Source: Styela clava (lineage: Eukaryota). From it: a DNA stretch of 64,000 nucleotides. The stretch spans positions 15,066,001-15,130,000 of the forward strand of contig NC_135262.1 in the NCBI RefSeq assembly GCF_964204865.1, given 5' to 3'. Below, piece by piece: positions 48,301 to 62,747 of this stretch (position 1 is the stretch's first letter; each line of letters opens with the position of its first letter). Below the pieces are notes generated by a model. It was given only the letters and a program-made list of their open reading frames with translations. It ran no database searches and was not told where the DNA came from. The position numbers were made by a program, and so were the translations under genes.

Positions 48301-51300
48301 CCCAGCCCTAATTATATCACTTATTACAGTCACACAAAATTATAGAAATATGAGATGGAAATTTCTAAAAGATCTTTAAAAGTCAATTAGGATCATTTCA
48401 GCTTCAAATATGAATTATTTGTGTGAGAAAGTAGTTCTCTAAATAAGCTGAAAAAGATTCCTATTCCAACCATTCTGATAAATTATCTTTTTTTCTATCA
48501 GTTGGCTGGCAAGAACGGATCCCAAAGATGTTGCTAGAGTAGAAAGCAAGACTGTCATTTGTTCAAAAAATCGCAATGACACTCTCACAACACCAAAAGA
48601 AGGGGTCGCAGGTCAACTTGGATATTGGATGTCACCATCAGAATTAGAAAAAGCCGCTGCTGAAAGATTTCCCGGATGTATGAAAGGTAAGATTCTGCAA
48701 CTAACTAACAGTTAATTTTTTTGTTTTGTGCAGAATGCACAAAGGAATTGTGAATAATCCTAATATTTTGTTGCTAGAAACATAATTAAGATGAATGTGG
48801 AGTTGTCTATTTACGGTATACTATAAATAGTCATTATCGATTATGTTCATGCCAGTGACGTCAAGACTTGGCTAGTTTTTCTTGTTATTTCTATATTCAT
48901 ATCTAGTGCTGAATAAAATTGCAAGCTATCTCAAATATTTTGAGAATTAGTGAAATTATGAATAAATTCCAGAATATTTTGTTAATCAACAATGTGTTTC
49001 AATAAAATAACAAGTGTTCTCTTTATATATATAAAGACTTTATTATTCAATATGTTTTTACTTTAATCGAATCCTTTTGATTACCCTTCTGTTTCGTACC
49101 TATGCATGAAATTGATATAATAAAGATCATATCAAGGACAACACTTTTATCTATGGCCATGCTCGGTTGCATTAGATCAAATTTTTTTTTGTGATGGCAT
49201 GGAAGGAATTTTGTAACAAATATACATGTTTGTCCCCTATGTATCTCTAATTGATTATGACGAATTACAGGACATGACTTAAGATGGTTTTTTAAAGGTG
49301 ACGCTTCCATTTCAATTCATCATATACGCTTTTGTTGAACTATTTATCTGAATTGTAAATCATACTGCTGTTTAGAAGATCTCATTCCTGAAATTATTGA
49401 TAAATCCATTCAATTTCCGCAAAGCATCATTGAGAGCGATATATCCCTTGGCTTTTTGTAATCATGAGATGGTTTTTTTAATTGATTATCTGCTGGTTAA
49501 TAAGGCATCCTCAGCTTGTGAAACCCATGATTTAGAAACCTGGCTGAGCAGAGCCTTTTTCAGAGCAAAATACATATAAATGTGTTGTGTAACTTGTGTA
49601 TATAAAAAGTTATTAGCTTTCAATGCATTACATCTAACAATGCTGACGTTAGATGTAAGACATCTTAAATTCAAACCCCTTGCCACATCATCTCTTTTTC
49701 GTGTCACTAATGGCATTTAAAATTTATATCCTATTTTTCTTTTACAAACAGGTCGAACCATGTATGTCATTCCATTCAGTATGGGTCCCCTCGGTGGATC
49801 AATCTCCAAATATGGTATCCAGTTGACGGATTCGCAATATGTTTGTGCAAGTATGAGAATCATGACCAGAGTTACTCCACAAGTTTTAGATTACATAAAT
49901 AGCGGCGAAGATTTTGTTAAATGCCTTCATAGCGTTGGTGCACCTCTACCTCTGAAACGTAAGTAGATTTGTTTTGTTTTATTTTTTATGATTTTTTGAT
50001 CGATTTTTTGTCTGGTCAAAGCATTTCGATTAGTTTGGTTTGGATGATGTTCCATAATAGGCTTGGCCGTAAAGACTCAATTATTTTCGTTTTTGACTGT
50101 ATTCTGGAAAGCTATTTTTGAATGTGGATTACGAGAAAGTTGTTGCAAATATGATTTATTGGTCTTTTAAATAGGAGCAGATAAATCGTCAATACTCAAT
50201 TTGAATTGTACGGTTTCAGAATCAAATTGAATATATGAGTAGGAATAATTGGTGATATCAAGCTTTATGTTTGTTATGACATTTCTCGACTTATTCTATG
50301 TAATTTAATAGAATCGAATAAGACGTAGCCTACTGTCGAAAAATATCCTATGTAGCCATTTTAATTAATATTGTAACTGATACATACTGTCTTGAAGAAT
50401 ATATTGAATTTATATTCAGATTCAGATATTTATTTTCATCAATCAAGAATCTATGTACGAATTTATTTAAATGTAAATAAAGCCATGAAAATAATAATGA
50501 GCTAACATGATGAGAAAAAAAAACATGCATGAGGTTCATAGCAGGGTCGCGAAAAACTATAAGAGTCATCGAGTCAGCGACACCTATTGGCTGTTATTTT
50601 AGAGGGGGAGGAGTAAAAAAAATTGTATTTATCTAGCCAGTCGAAAAATATCATAAAAATAAGGTCAAACACATAAAACGAACAAGATGGCGCGTCAGGT
50701 GTATTATAATGAAAATTACAAATATTCTCATTGTAATTTTTTCATACAACATACTTGTATGCCTTTGCTGCTAACAAGGTTCTGTACTGAGTGAGGTGGT
50801 GGGCATTTGTCAATGAGTGTAACTAACAATCGATCATGTATCTAACAACTAATAGCAAATTTTTTAATCCTGTTTTTCAGGCGAACTCGTCAACAACTGG
50901 CCATGTAATCCAGATCAAGTTTTAGTTTCACATATTCCAGCACAAAACGAAATTATGTCGTATGGTTCAGGATATGGTGGAAATTCGTTGCTTGGAAAGA
51001 AATGTTTTGCACTTAGAATTGGATCGACCATTGCTAAACGAGAGGGATGGTTAGCAGAACACATGCTGGTTGGTAAAACTATTTATATTAAGATAATTGG
51101 CTGTTAGTATTTTTGCCTAAGAATGTCAAAAACATTTTTAAATTAATGTTTAGAGAAAAAGATCTATTTTAAGTATTCAAATTTATTCCAACTAAAATGA
51201 ATAGCTGGTAAACTATTCTCTTTCCCGAACATAGACCGGAAACTTGACCGTTCACCATATTAAGCCGTTTTATTAGCTCTTCTCTTCTTCGATATAAATA

Positions 51301-54300
51301 CAAAAATTCCTATTTTATATCAAATTATACAGTGTATGATTTAGTACATATTGACGAATTTTACATCCCTGACCATATTTGAATCATTCATTTTGACGTT
51401 CAGATTCTTGGAATAACGAATCCAGAAGGTGTCAAGAAATATGTTGTTGCTGCTTTTCCAAGTGCTTGTGGTAAAACTAATCTTGCCATGATGCAGCCTT
51501 CTCTACCAGGATGGAAGGTATGTTCATAAAAATTATATAGAGATAGAATAAATCAAGAGGGCAATGCTCAAATATATTGGCTTGAATGTCAAATTACTAC
51601 CGTATTTTATGGACCACAACTCCACAAGGCACATCTGGTTATAAGATACATTGATTCATACATTAGGTTCACCGACGTATACGGCCCACAATCGATTTTT
51701 AAGGGAAAAGGGATTTAATGTGTGTCTTGTGGTCCGTAAAATACAGTAATTGATAAGAGGGTTAAGGTTGATCGATGATTCCTCATTACACATACTACCA
51801 GACCCTATCGGTTCGACCTTAGCTGCGCACTGGTTAGCAGAAAAGATTTGCATACATGCCTGATGGTATGTTGTGGAGAAGTGAACACAATACCGAATAC
51901 ATTATTTACATATTTAAACGATTGTAATTTTCCACGAAAATTTTTCACAGGTTGAATGTGTGGGTGACGATATCGCATGGATGAAATTTGATGAAGATGG
52001 GAGATTACGTGCCATCAATCCAGAAAACGGATTTTTTGGTGTTGCGCCGGGAACTTCGAATAAAACAAACCCCAACGCTATGAAGACATGTATGACAAAT
52101 ACAGGTACTGTCAATTTTCATAATGGGTTCTTCTTAGTCGAGGGCTGGGAAAGCTATTGCTTGTGAGCAGCATGCGGCCTTTTGATGAGATCATAAATAA
52201 TGGTACCGTTATTTGGTATTATGGCATGGCCTTGATTACACGTCAATTTACTGATTCTTAGGTAATCATTAACACAATTGGGATTTTAAATCTATAAACT
52301 GTTCAGTGTTCAGCTGGTTGTAAATATAGAATAATGTGGTTTTATGAAATATGTTGTGTTATCACAGCACATTTGTTTTATTTCAGTTTAATATTCTCTT
52401 CAAAAAAGGCTTTAAACGAAAAACCACTTGTGTTGTTAGAGATTGAACCACAAGCATTTTGTGTCTAATTTATTGCATTCTGGACAGGGATTGGACTCTA
52501 CATCAGTACAGCGATGTCAGAGCCTCTCATAGTTTTTATACGACACTTATTTCACTCCAAACAAGGTGCAGTACAAGCATCCAATGATATGTAAGACGCT
52601 TCTACTCTCAGAAAGAGTAAGCATTGCTAATTTAGTACTCCCTAGGTGAGGTGTTGGGCATGGGATTTTAGCAGAGATTCTGACCTACTGTGCTAACACA
52701 GTTGAGTGTAATGCTTTAACAACGAGGCCATCGGCTCTACCATTTTCTAATTTAGCAAGGAATTTGTCATTTTTTCTTCAATGTTAGTAAAAATACCCAT
52801 AATTTTATTAAGTTTTTACCAATGTTGCTGAAACATCTGATGGAGGAGTTTACTGGGAAGGCATGGATGAAAAATTAGATGATGGTGTCCAAATTAAATC
52901 TTGGTTAAACGAGATATGGGAACCAGGTATTTTGATTTTTTTTCCACTTTTAACGTTTCATTGATATTAACAAATCTCAATCGAATAATTTTAAGAAAAT
53001 GTGCTGTCAAAAATGAAACCCACTTGTTGTAACATGTAAAAAATGTACTTTGCCGAATTTATTGACTTACCGGTATTCCCTTTTTTTAAGAAATATTGTT
53101 GTAAATTTTTAAATTTCATTCAGGAAATCCTAAACCTGCTGCTCACCCCAACTCAAGGTTCTGTGCCCCAGCGGCACAATGCCCTGCCATGGATCCAAAC
53201 TGGGAAAGTCCAGAAGGTGTCCCAATTGATGCCATCATTTTTGGAGGAAGGAGGCCAAAAGGTATGATTGATATATCAAATTCTTACGGTGTAATTGTGT
53301 GTTTAATTTAACGAAGTTTGAAAATAAAATTTTGAGAAATAAACTCTCGATATGTCATCAAGTGGTAATGTGTTTTGTAGCCGTCCCTCGGATTTCTCTT
53401 TTCCTTGTTAAAAAATAAATAATTATTTACTCTGGTGACAAGTCAAGTCAAGTTTATTTTTTCCAACCAGTAAATAAAAAACGTATATTGTAGCAGTCTT
53501 TGCCAAAAATGACAGTACTAGTTCATTAAGTTATGTCTGATTTCAGAACAAAAATATACCCTTTCCTTTCTATATCGTGTGAAAAATTAATACTGATTAA
53601 GGACTAGATTCGGAATTATTACATTTTTAGGTGTTCCTCTTGTGTACGAATCCTTTGATTGGGAACACGGAGTATTTATTGGAGCTGCAATGAGATCAGA
53701 AAGTACATCTGCTGCTGAGTTTAAAGGTAAGAGTATAATATTTTCTTGATATAAAGTATGATAGTTAAGAATAGGGATTGCATTCATAATACAAGACTTT
53801 GCCATATGAATGTGAACCATATCTGATATAGCAGAAGCAATACTATTTCTATCTCAAAAACAGCTCAAAACAAGAATAAATTCTATTTTGAGTGATTTAA
53901 GAGTTTTTCTGCACACATCAAATCTTGAACCGCTTCGAATAGTTATCTTTACTTTTCTACAGCAACCTTGCATAATATACATACGAATGTACCGGCGCAA
54001 AAGCATACAAGATGGATAAGTAGTCCCGCAGAAACACAATTTATTGCCATACAACACACTAATCAAGATTCTTGCATAGTATCTCATTCAAACCACAAAT
54101 TTTTGCAGGGAAAGTAATAATGCACGATCCTTTTGCGATGCGACCATTCTTTGGCTACAACTTTGGACACTACCTCGATCATTGGTTGAGCATGGATAAG
54201 ACCCCAGGAAGGGATATACCAAAAATTTTCCATGTCAATTGGTTCCGAAAGGTAAAATTGCTTTAAGCATGCTTACTTCTATTTGTATCTTCCTGTGATC

Positions 54301-55277
54301 TTTTTGAACTCTAGTGCAGCGTTTCTTGTACTTATTTGCCAGAAACACCTCCGATTTTTATTTCGCCTCGCGGAACACCAAGAAATGGTAGTTTCCAAAA
54401 ATTTTGCCTGGCCTGCCTGTTTGTTGTTAGGTGGGAGACAAATTTATAGGCCCGAAGCCGCTGAAGTAGGACCGAGTTCGCCATTTAGTTGAAACTTCGA
54501 CCCCTGCTGTGGCAGTGTTGCGCAAAACACAGTTTGAGAAACGCTGCTCAGTCAGCCTTAGCCAAGTTAGCTAGTTTGATTTTGGTTGCCCAAAATTCAT
54601 ACAGTCAAACAATCTGAAGATACTGTATTTCTTCATGAACAATACTCACTTTCATGACTAAATTAGGGGGTGTGCGTATCATGATTCAATATAATTGGCC
54701 CTTGTATATCACCATAGCAAACATACCTCCAATTTTTTTTTCTCACATAAATAGGATGATCAGAATTGCTCTTTTTCTGTTAATCGTAATTATGATGCGA
54801 CGACCAAGATAATTATAAAATATTCAAAATTAAGTTAGGGTAACTGAAATATTTAGATTCGGACATGCGTTGTGTACTGTGATGAAGCAGTATATGATAA
54901 TGATTTTATTTCCACACACATATATTACGGTGGAGAAACAATAATATCTTAATTCTATTCAGGGTAACGATGGAAAATTCATGTGGCCTGGTTTCGGAGA
55001 AAACATCAGAGTTCTGGAATGGATTTTCGGTCGTGTCAGCGGCACGGAAGAAGCTCGCAAATCACCAATCGGATATCTTCCTACCGAAAACGGAATTGAC
55101 CTCGCTGACCTTGATGAACCTGTTGATATGAAAGGCCTGTTCGACCTTCCTAAAGATTTCTGGCAACAAGAAGTAGCGGAAATCAAAAAGTACTTTGACG
55201 AGCAAGTGAATAAAGACTTGCCACCAAAAATCTCAAATCAGCTTGAAGCTCTGAAAAAACGCATTGATTCCATGTAA
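45305..55277 (+). CDS. PCK: Phosphoenolpyruvate carboxykinase [GTP], 13 coding exons, ~669 aa
   Basis: Phase-consistent GT-AG exons: 45305-45387, 46467-46599, 46865-47004, 48502-48686, 49752-49958, 50881-51068, 51404-51517, 51951-52104, 52813-52926, 53124-53261, 53631-53726, 54109-54251, 54963-55277. Motifs [50 protein letters not shown]. Exon 1 is less certain. AATAAA at ~56171. Confidence 0.95.
47595..48310. mobile_element. hAT MITE in PCK intron 3
   Basis: TIR tagggctgggaat/attcccagcccta; ggttaacc subterminal repeats; TSD attataac/attatatc. Confidence 0.82.
51600..51746. mobile_element. Tc1/mariner-type MITE in PCK intron 7
   Basis: TIR ccgtattttatggaccacaa / ttgtggtccgtaaaatacag flanked by TA. 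Confidence 0.7.
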
Positions 55278-56408
55278 TTTTACAGATTATATCTTTGCAC
55301 TTCAGCTTTTTGTAAAATAATCCTAGGTTGCTTGACCAAATATGTTTTCATTTCAGCAATATCAACAATTCATCGAGATAAACCATGTGTAAAACCCAGC
55401 CATAATAAAGGACGCTCGCAGTGTGAACAAAATAATATATATACCCAAGCAGCTTTACTTGTTATTCCCTAACCATACCCCACCCTGTCCTTGTTCAAAA
55501 TCTTTAATTCATCGCGATCAAATATGTACTACTATGTCATATATATATATTTCTATATATATTTTTCATTATGTAATTTCGCTTTTGTCATTTTTGTACA
55601 GTATTTAATGAGGTAGACTAGTGAATTATATCATGTTAATTTTTTTCTAATTTTGGTGTGTTTTGTTCTGTGCATTGGCAGACACTTATTTTGAATGCAG
55701 GAGCTAATGCCCCTAATTTCCAACATTTTAGGTGTCCAGTAATGTAGGTATTTGAAAGAAAAGAATTATTTCTTGCAGAACTTGCAGTAGTGTTGTCCCA
55801 ATGCATTCTCACTCAATCTGCACTTTTGTTCTATATCTTTGACCTAACCAAACTAATTATGTTCGTTCAAGAACATGAACTTAACTACTATAATTGTAAT
55901 GCAAGTTGTATCATAAATGTCTGTTTTTTTTCGTTTTTCAAGCATAATTTATCATTGTGTTTCGTTACCGTGGTTGTTAAATGGCTCGATCATACATGTC
56001 CATACTCTAAAATGTGAAGAAAATTGTTTTGCGAATTTTATGTTGATTCGTGCAAAACCTTTTGTTTTCTTGAATGTTTATGATGCGATGCATCATACTG
56101 CCATTTATACGCACTGTTGAAGAGATTTTTCTACCTCCAAGGAACTGTGCCTTGTGTAGGTTACTATATAAATAAAGTTGGATACAATTTATGATAAGTT
56201 TGTATGACTGTGATTATGGGCTTCAGATTATTTCGTTGCCATTATGCTTTTCTGCAATTACTAGATAGATAAACTGCAGATCAGTCTGATCAAGGAAAAC
56301 CATTAAAACTCAAAATGCTTCAAATGCTGTACTACCGGTATTTGCCAGACAGATCATCAAGTACAGGAAGATAAACTCACAGAATCCAGGTTCTTTTGAA
56401 AAGTTCTA

Positions 56409-56590
56409 GGGAAATTTGCCGCAGAAAAATTCGCCGCATAGGAAAAATCGCCTTATTTAAAATAGATTCGTTATTTAAGAGCATACCCTAACCCTATAAA
56501 TCTAACTGTTTTAATCACAAATACTTATACTTGTTTTACAGCAAAATGCGATTGTTCCTATGCGGCGAGATTTCTTACGGCGATTTTCCC
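56409..56590. mobile_element. MITE with CCCTAA core
   Basis: gggaaatttgccgcagaaaaattcgccgcataggaa ... ttcctatgcggcgagatttcttacggcgattttccc. Confidence 0.65.
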
Positions 56591-56913
56591 GGACATGATT
56601 TTGAACATATTTTAGAAAGAAAGTAACTTGCATGCAAATCACCCCAGATTAATGAAGATCTTAGGTTTTCATATACTGTATATTTATATACTTTTTACTA
56701 CGTCACTCATTGAACAAGGGTTTCTGGGGCGTCTGCTGCATTTCATTGGGGTTGTGCTTCGCGGAAAATGTTGCAAACCACTATTCTACGATATAACCAA
56801 TTCGCTAGAAAGCAAAATTATTGTTTCCAAAATACACTGCCATCTTATGGTCACCAAACCGTCCACCTGAAAGAGCTTCAAGCCCTTTTGCAAATGTGAA
56901 GTCAAAACTATAT

Positions 56914-58176
56914 TTACGTTCCCAAAACTGATTTACTTAAGTTATCTAAAGTTTGATAAAAGCTATATTTCCAATCAAAATCCATATCATACCAAAAATT
57001 GACTGCTATGGTGCCATTAGTTTGTGTAACATGGTGGAACCACATAGCAGGTAAATATAGAAGATCGCCAGCTTTCACACTAGCTGTCAAGGTTTTGCAG
57101 TTTTTATACATAGGATAAGTTTCAAGGTCTGGATTAAGAGGGTCTATGGCAATCCAAGGTACTGGTTGAGAATCCAACAAGTCTTTTATAGTCCACGTTT
57201 CCCCAACTTTCTGATATTTTGCAGGCTTATAATTTTTATGAGGAATGAATGGTCTATCACATGGCGGGTGTAGCGTGAATGTCTTTTCACCTGAAATTAC
57301 TGCGTATAAATTTTCATAATGATCTTTGTGCATTGAAGTTATGGCATCTTTCTGTCCCATCCAAAAATTCACTGCTTCTGGTTTTGCCCCAAATGCATCA
57401 GTTGCCCAATTTATGTGGGATTCAATATCGCCGATAATCTCAGGGAAATCAGATGTCATGTTGGAATTCTGTTTTTGAATGTAAAATACATCACTCTCGT
57501 CTTCCCCTTCTTCAATACTATCTAAAAAGTCACAGAATTTCATTTCCATTTCTTCTGGCATAACAAATCTATCGCCATTTACCGCATCAGCATACCCGTT
57601 TGGTGTCACAGCCACAGTAACCATCTTTTCAGACATCGTTTCCCTAAAACAATTTAATATGATGAGCTATATCAGACAGACTTATATAGAGGGCTTTTTA
57701 CGCAAATTGTTTGAAAGTAACTGGCCAATCTCACTTACGTGTGATCAAAGTGACTGTTATAAACACTTTGCGTATGATAAAGTAAGCTATTCAACAATTG
57801 GAGCGTGCTTTATGCGATGAATGTGCACTAAATGAGGACCCAATAACGGTTGTTTGGCTACCTCCATAAATTAGATTAACAAGTAAAATTTTGTGAATTT
57901 AATATTATTATTTAAATTAAATTTGCAGTTATTGCCAAAGAGCTACCTACAAATAATCGCTCACTTTACTCACCTAAAATACGCCGGTGACCACTTACTC
58001 AAGGCAGTCCAGTGGCATATGCCACCTTTCAATATAAATGGGGAATTTTTGGAGACATAATTTGAAAAAAATTCTGCTGCTGTTGGTGGATCCTTGATGA
58101 TTGGTACATAATCATGTACATTCAAGTCATGTGCTTCCGAGATAGATTCAATCAAACATTTCTCTACTATATTCAT
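56914..58176 (-). CDS. JMJD7: JmjC domain-containing protein 7, 2 exons, 310 aa
   Basis: Exons 58176-57974 and 57643-56914 (AG|gtgag ... tttag|G, phase 2). Motifs VAVTPNGYADAV, YIQKQNSN, AVNFW, HKDHYENLY, LYLP..WFHHV, AVNFWYDM. Confidence 0.95.
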
Positions 58177-58691
58177 GTTGATGTTTCAGACAAACCAAAG
58201 TATGACTATTCCTACATTGTAAATTATTCTAAAAATGATAGTAAATCTGATGAAACGATGATGCAAGTTTATATTTCTGATATTTTCAAATGAAACACGA
58301 CAGAGATGCTGTTATTCAATATTCAAGAGTGATTTTAAAAATTTGTCATCTTGAGCATTTAACATTTGAGGGTCAGACGAAATATAAATGTTTAAATTTT
58401 AATCCGTTGAACCCAAAACATTCTGCACTTCTAAATTCAATTTCACAAATTTATAGTGTTTATGTAATTTTCGTGTTGAACATAACCAGTTTTTCAGATT
58501 GAAAATGTTTCAGAATGTATTACTCAATTGTGGCTGTTCCTGGTTTATCATTAGTTGATTCCAAATAGAACCAATAAAAAGTAACCATCATTAATTGTTA
58601 TTGAACACTTAAAATTTGGTACAGAAAAGAATTTTTAATACAAACTTCTACCGATATGTAGTACCAATCATCACATAGGTAATGTACAGAT

Positions 58692-59061
58692 CAGGGCTGG
58701 GAAGGCTGAAATGCCAGTAATTTGAATGGCACCAGCTTTCAACAATCAAATTATTTTGTTCTCACTTATAATTTTCTAATACATCATACAATCTAAGGGT
58801 ATTACAAATTTTTCTTCAGTACTTAAATTGCAAATACTAATTAAGGTTTCATGTCACATTTTTAATTTTATAAGACTCGAAGCATGGCTTTGTGTTCTAC
58901 TGCCGCGAAACTGCATTAGGGGCAATTTTTCATACTAATAGTCATACCAAAAACTTTGCCCTTAAGAGTCATTTCTTAGCTCCAAGTAAAATTATCTCCG
59001 AAACCCTGGTAGAATATATACTGTGATTTTGTTATGATTTCAAAGCAGCTTCCCAGCCCTG
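58692..59061. mobile_element. hAT-like MITE between WDR3 and JMJD7
   Basis: TIR cagggctgggaag/cttcccagccctg; degenerate TSD gtacagat/gcgcagat. Confidence 0.65.
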
Positions 59062-59417
59062 GCGCAGATAACAAGAGTTTGGAAGAAAAAATTGTGTGAG
59101 AGAAAGCAGGGAAAAATTAGACAGATAAACTAGCCCAATAAGATCACATCCAATTGGTTAAATTAATAATATTCAGAAAAAACTGGTGAAATACGAAATA
59201 ATAATAGCACCGTATAAGCCTTATCTATAAACTGGTGTGTTTGAAAAATGCTCTGTAACTTTCCAAGATGTATTATAGACTCCTCCCAATACCTCAATGA
59301 ATACCAACAATTTAGAAATATCATCAGCGAATTTTTATATCTAATGTGTGTTCTTGATACATTAGGATAATGATATCATGTTTGAGGCAATAGGGAAACA
59401 GTAACACCACAGGAATA

Positions 59418-62198
59418 TCAAATTGTTATAATTGCATGATTGAGTTTCTTTTTTTTCTTCTTTGTTTTCTGGGAAAATTTTTCAGTAGCGTCGTCAAAAA
59501 ACAAGACCTCATTTTTGGCTTCGATTTGTCTTTTTAAATGATTAAGGGCAGCCCTATTGAATCCGATGGTATCTTGTAGTTTTTTGACTCCCGATTCCGT
59601 ATTTTCTTGCAGATGTTCTAATACAGGAACGAGAACATCGCTAGATGAGATTACTCCTTGATGTACTTTTAATAGATATAGTAAACATCTACATGACAGC
59701 TCTACTTCCCAACCATTCGAAACAAACTCGTTTAGAAGCTTGAGGAAATCTGGAACATATGAAAATGGTAAAACGAGAAGAGATTCTTCTAAATCCGCAG
59801 ATTTTATTTTTTTCAAAATTTGTAGGACATATCTTTCCGATGATATATTACCATATGCTAACAATGTAGGATGTATTTGTGCTGTTGATGTCGTATCGGG
59901 GGCAATTTGCGAACCTTTTTCTTTCTCCTCCCGATGTAACTCAATTGCTTCCATAATTTGTTCAGCTCCTTGAATTGTTCTTATTGTTGGTTTGCTTGCT
60001 CTTGTAGCCTCGTCGATTCCTTCTTCTGTACGTCCCGTCACACTAAGATTCTTAACCAATCTTTTTTCATCCTCTTCCTCTCTCTCTCTTTCATGTTCTT
60101 CATCCGGAATCACGATTTCACTTGAACGTGTCCAAAGTCTCAAAGAAACATCCGCACCACAAGATGCTATATAGTCACCTTGTGGGTCAGAAGTAATGCA
60201 CCATACCGGCCCATGATGTCCTTGCAAAGTCTGAATGTGTATGAATTTATCACCATCCCATTGTTTTATACTTCCGTCTTTACCGGCTGTGAAAAGAAGA
60301 TGAGTGTCTGGCACAAACTCCATGGATGTGATATTATCATCATGAGCAAAAATAGATTTGTGACAATCCCCAAAATCGAGACCCCAGAACTTTATATTTT
60401 TATCGGAGGATCCAGTGGCAATCAGTGAACTGTCACTAGTTATGCTCATGCAGGTTACTGGTAACGAATGACCGTACAAAGAAAGAAAAAACTTCAAGCT
60501 GTCGACGTAAAACACTTTTACTGAACAGTTCAATAATGCACATGCAATTAGTTTTCTGTTTTGTGAAAATTCCACAACATTTACCTCTTCATCTAGTTGC
60601 AAAGTGCGAGAATGTGTCGCAGTCAAACGTTTTGTACTGCTCGAAAAGTCTTCATCTAAAATAAGATCAAAATCCCAAAATTTAACTGACTGATCTTTGC
60701 TGCACGTCGCAAATCCACGTTTGTCCGCAAAAAGTGCTACATCGTTAATCACATTCGGATGAGCAGTTATTTTTTCGACACATCTTCCTGATGGGACATC
60801 ATGTATTTCCAATTTTCCGTTCATCGTTCCAACTAGAAATTGCTTATCCCCGGGAACAAATTTACATACAGTAGCATGATCAGTTTCCGAAGTTTGAATA
60901 CATTGTTGACTCACACGATTCCACATTTTTACGGAATTTGTGGAAGCAGTCAACACAGCTAACCCATCTGAACTGAAAGTCGCGCTTCTGCATGCACTCC
61001 GATGACCAGAAGAAAATAATTTTCCAATTGGAGTCAATTCAGGCAGTCTTAATTTGGCAGTGGCTTCTTGAATAATGAGCTGATTATTGTGAAGCAAAGT
61101 GACAATTTGATAACCATCACCTCCATCAATCTTAGTCACATCAACTGATTTCATTTTACCAGGAACTCTGAACTTTCCGATATGAACAAATTTATCCGAT
61201 GCTTCAATATTTGGAATTGCTGTTTCCTCATCTTTGTTATCAGAGTCTTTCTTTTTCAACTTTTTAATTTTTTTCTTCATATGAGTCTTGATTTCATCTT
61301 CAGACCTGACTTTGAACAGTTCAATTGTTTTATTGTTACCATGACATACAATAAGCTTACCGTCAGGACTTAAACATAAAGATACTACTCGATCAGTTTC
61401 TTCACGTAGAAATGATCCAAATTTTGTGCAGACGACGCCATATCTTTGAGATGTTGTTTCATGTTCATCCTCAGAGTCCGAGTCAGTTTTTTGTCTTTTC
61501 TCAACAGGCTCAAAATTGTCATTTTCATTATTATATTGTACTTTCCAAACCCGCAAAGAACTGTCCGAGCTTCCTGTGATTAAAAACTCATTATCAGGGC
61601 TAAGTACAAAGTCCCAAACCTCAGCTCTATGTCCAACCATGGTCTTGAAGCAGTGTTGAGTATCTAAATCCCACCATTTAATAAAAGTGTCTTTTGAACT
61701 AGTTATAAGCATGTTTCGCTTACTTACAAAACAGCATGCAGTTATTTGCTCCTTGTGTCCATTAAGCTTATACAAGCCACATTCATTAACCAAATCCCAA
61801 ACAATAATTTCTGAATCATTAGAACCAGATGCCAAACGCATTCCGTTAGAATCATACGCAACACATGAAACAGAAGAAGAATGACCACTGTAAGTAACAA
61901 TTACTTCAGACGTCATAAGACTGAAAATTCGCAAAGATCCGTCACTGTATCCAACAGCTAAATGATGTCCGCTTGGACTTTTTGCAAGGCAGGTTACAGA
62001 ATACTTCTCTCCTTTTAACACCATGACTTTGCGATTCGTTTTCACATCCCATATGTTTACGTGTTCACATGAGCCGGCAGCAACATAACGAGTACTGGAA
62101 TTCCTCATAGATAAAAACAAAACATTGCACCTTTGGCTTGCAACCACACCAAATTGACTAAATGGTAAATATCGAAGATATTGTTTTGACAATCCCAT
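59418..62198 (-). CDS. WDR3: WD repeat-containing protein 3 (Utp12/Dip2), intronless, 926 aa
   Basis: MGLSKQYLRY start, multiple WD40 repeats, LKFFLSLYGH.LPV, WGLDFGDCHKS.FAHDD, C-terminal Utp12 region LEESLLVLPF...IGFN.AAL. Confidence 0.96.
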   Translation of the reverse strand: MGLSKQYLRYLPFSQFGVVASQRCNVLFLSMRNSSTRYVAAGSCEHVNIWDVKTNRKVMVLKGEKYSVTCLAKSPSGHHLAVGYSDGSLRIFSLMTSEVIVTYSGHSSSVSCVAYDSNGMRLASGSNDSEIIVWDLVNECGLYKLNGHKEQITACCFVSKRNMLITSSKDTFIKWWDLDTQHCFKTMVGHRAEVWDFVLSPDNEFLITGSSDSSLRVWKVQYNNENDNFEPVEKRQKTDSDSEDEHETTSQRYGVVCTKFGSFLREETDRVVSLCLSPDGKLIVCHGNNKTIELFKVRSEDEIKTHMKKKIKKLKKKDSDNKDEETAIPNIEASDKFVHIGKFRVPGKMKSVDVTKIDGGDGYQIVTLLHNNQLIIQEATAKLRLPELTPIGKLFSSGHRSACRSATFSSDGLAVLTASTNSVKMWNRVSQQCIQTSETDHATVCKFVPGDKQFLVGTMNGKLEIHDVPSGRCVEKITAHPNVINDVALFADKRGFATCSKDQSVKFWDFDLILDEDFSSSTKRLTATHSRTLQLDEEVNVVEFSQNRKLIACALLNCSVKVFYVDSLKFFLSLYGHSLPVTCMSITSDSSLIATGSSDKNIKFWGLDFGDCHKSIFAHDDNITSMEFVPDTHLLFTAGKDGSIKQWDGDKFIHIQTLQGHHGPVWCITSDPQGDYIASCGADVSLRLWTRSSEIVIPDEEHEREREEEDEKRLVKNLSVTGRTEEGIDEATRASKPTIRTIQGAEQIMEAIELHREEKEKGSQIAPDTTSTAQIHPTLLAYGNISSERYVLQILKKIKSADLEESLLVLPFSYVPDFLKLLNEFVSNGWEVELSCRCLLYLLKVHQGVISSSDVLVPVLEHLQENTESGVKKLQDTIGFNRAALNHLKRQIEAKNEVLFFDDATEKFSQKTKKKKKKLNHAIITI

Positions 62199-62747
62199 TT
62201 TAATTTAATTATCAACTGAAACCAGAAAAATGAAATAGTTCAGATATAGAAGCTCAAAAATCACAAACAATAATAAAGAATGAAAATATTACTAAAGCTA
62301 AAAATTAGACGAAAAATCCTTTTCCAAAAATTTATGAATTTCAAATCAATATTCAAAAAATGGCGAAATTTGTATTAGACGTTCTAAGAGAATTTGGAAA
62401 GAATCCAAAAAATTGAAATCTACTACCGAGACTTAATAAGCACATGACAATATCATGGAATAATCAGTGTGTGGATGCCATCATTCCATATATTAAACAA
62501 AGCATTCTAGAATAATTTCCAAACAACATATATTTATTCTTAAAAATAGATTGAACAAAGTTAATTGCGAACTTTGTCGCAAGTAAATTCTCTGGATATC
62601 CTTAGAAGAATGCATTGTGAAAATAAACCATTTGCTCAGAATTTACCTATACAATAGTATCACATAGCAGAAGTGAAAAAATTATATATGGAATTTGAAC
62701 AAAGGAACATGGTTATGTCAGACAGGTCTGATGTGATGACAATTTTA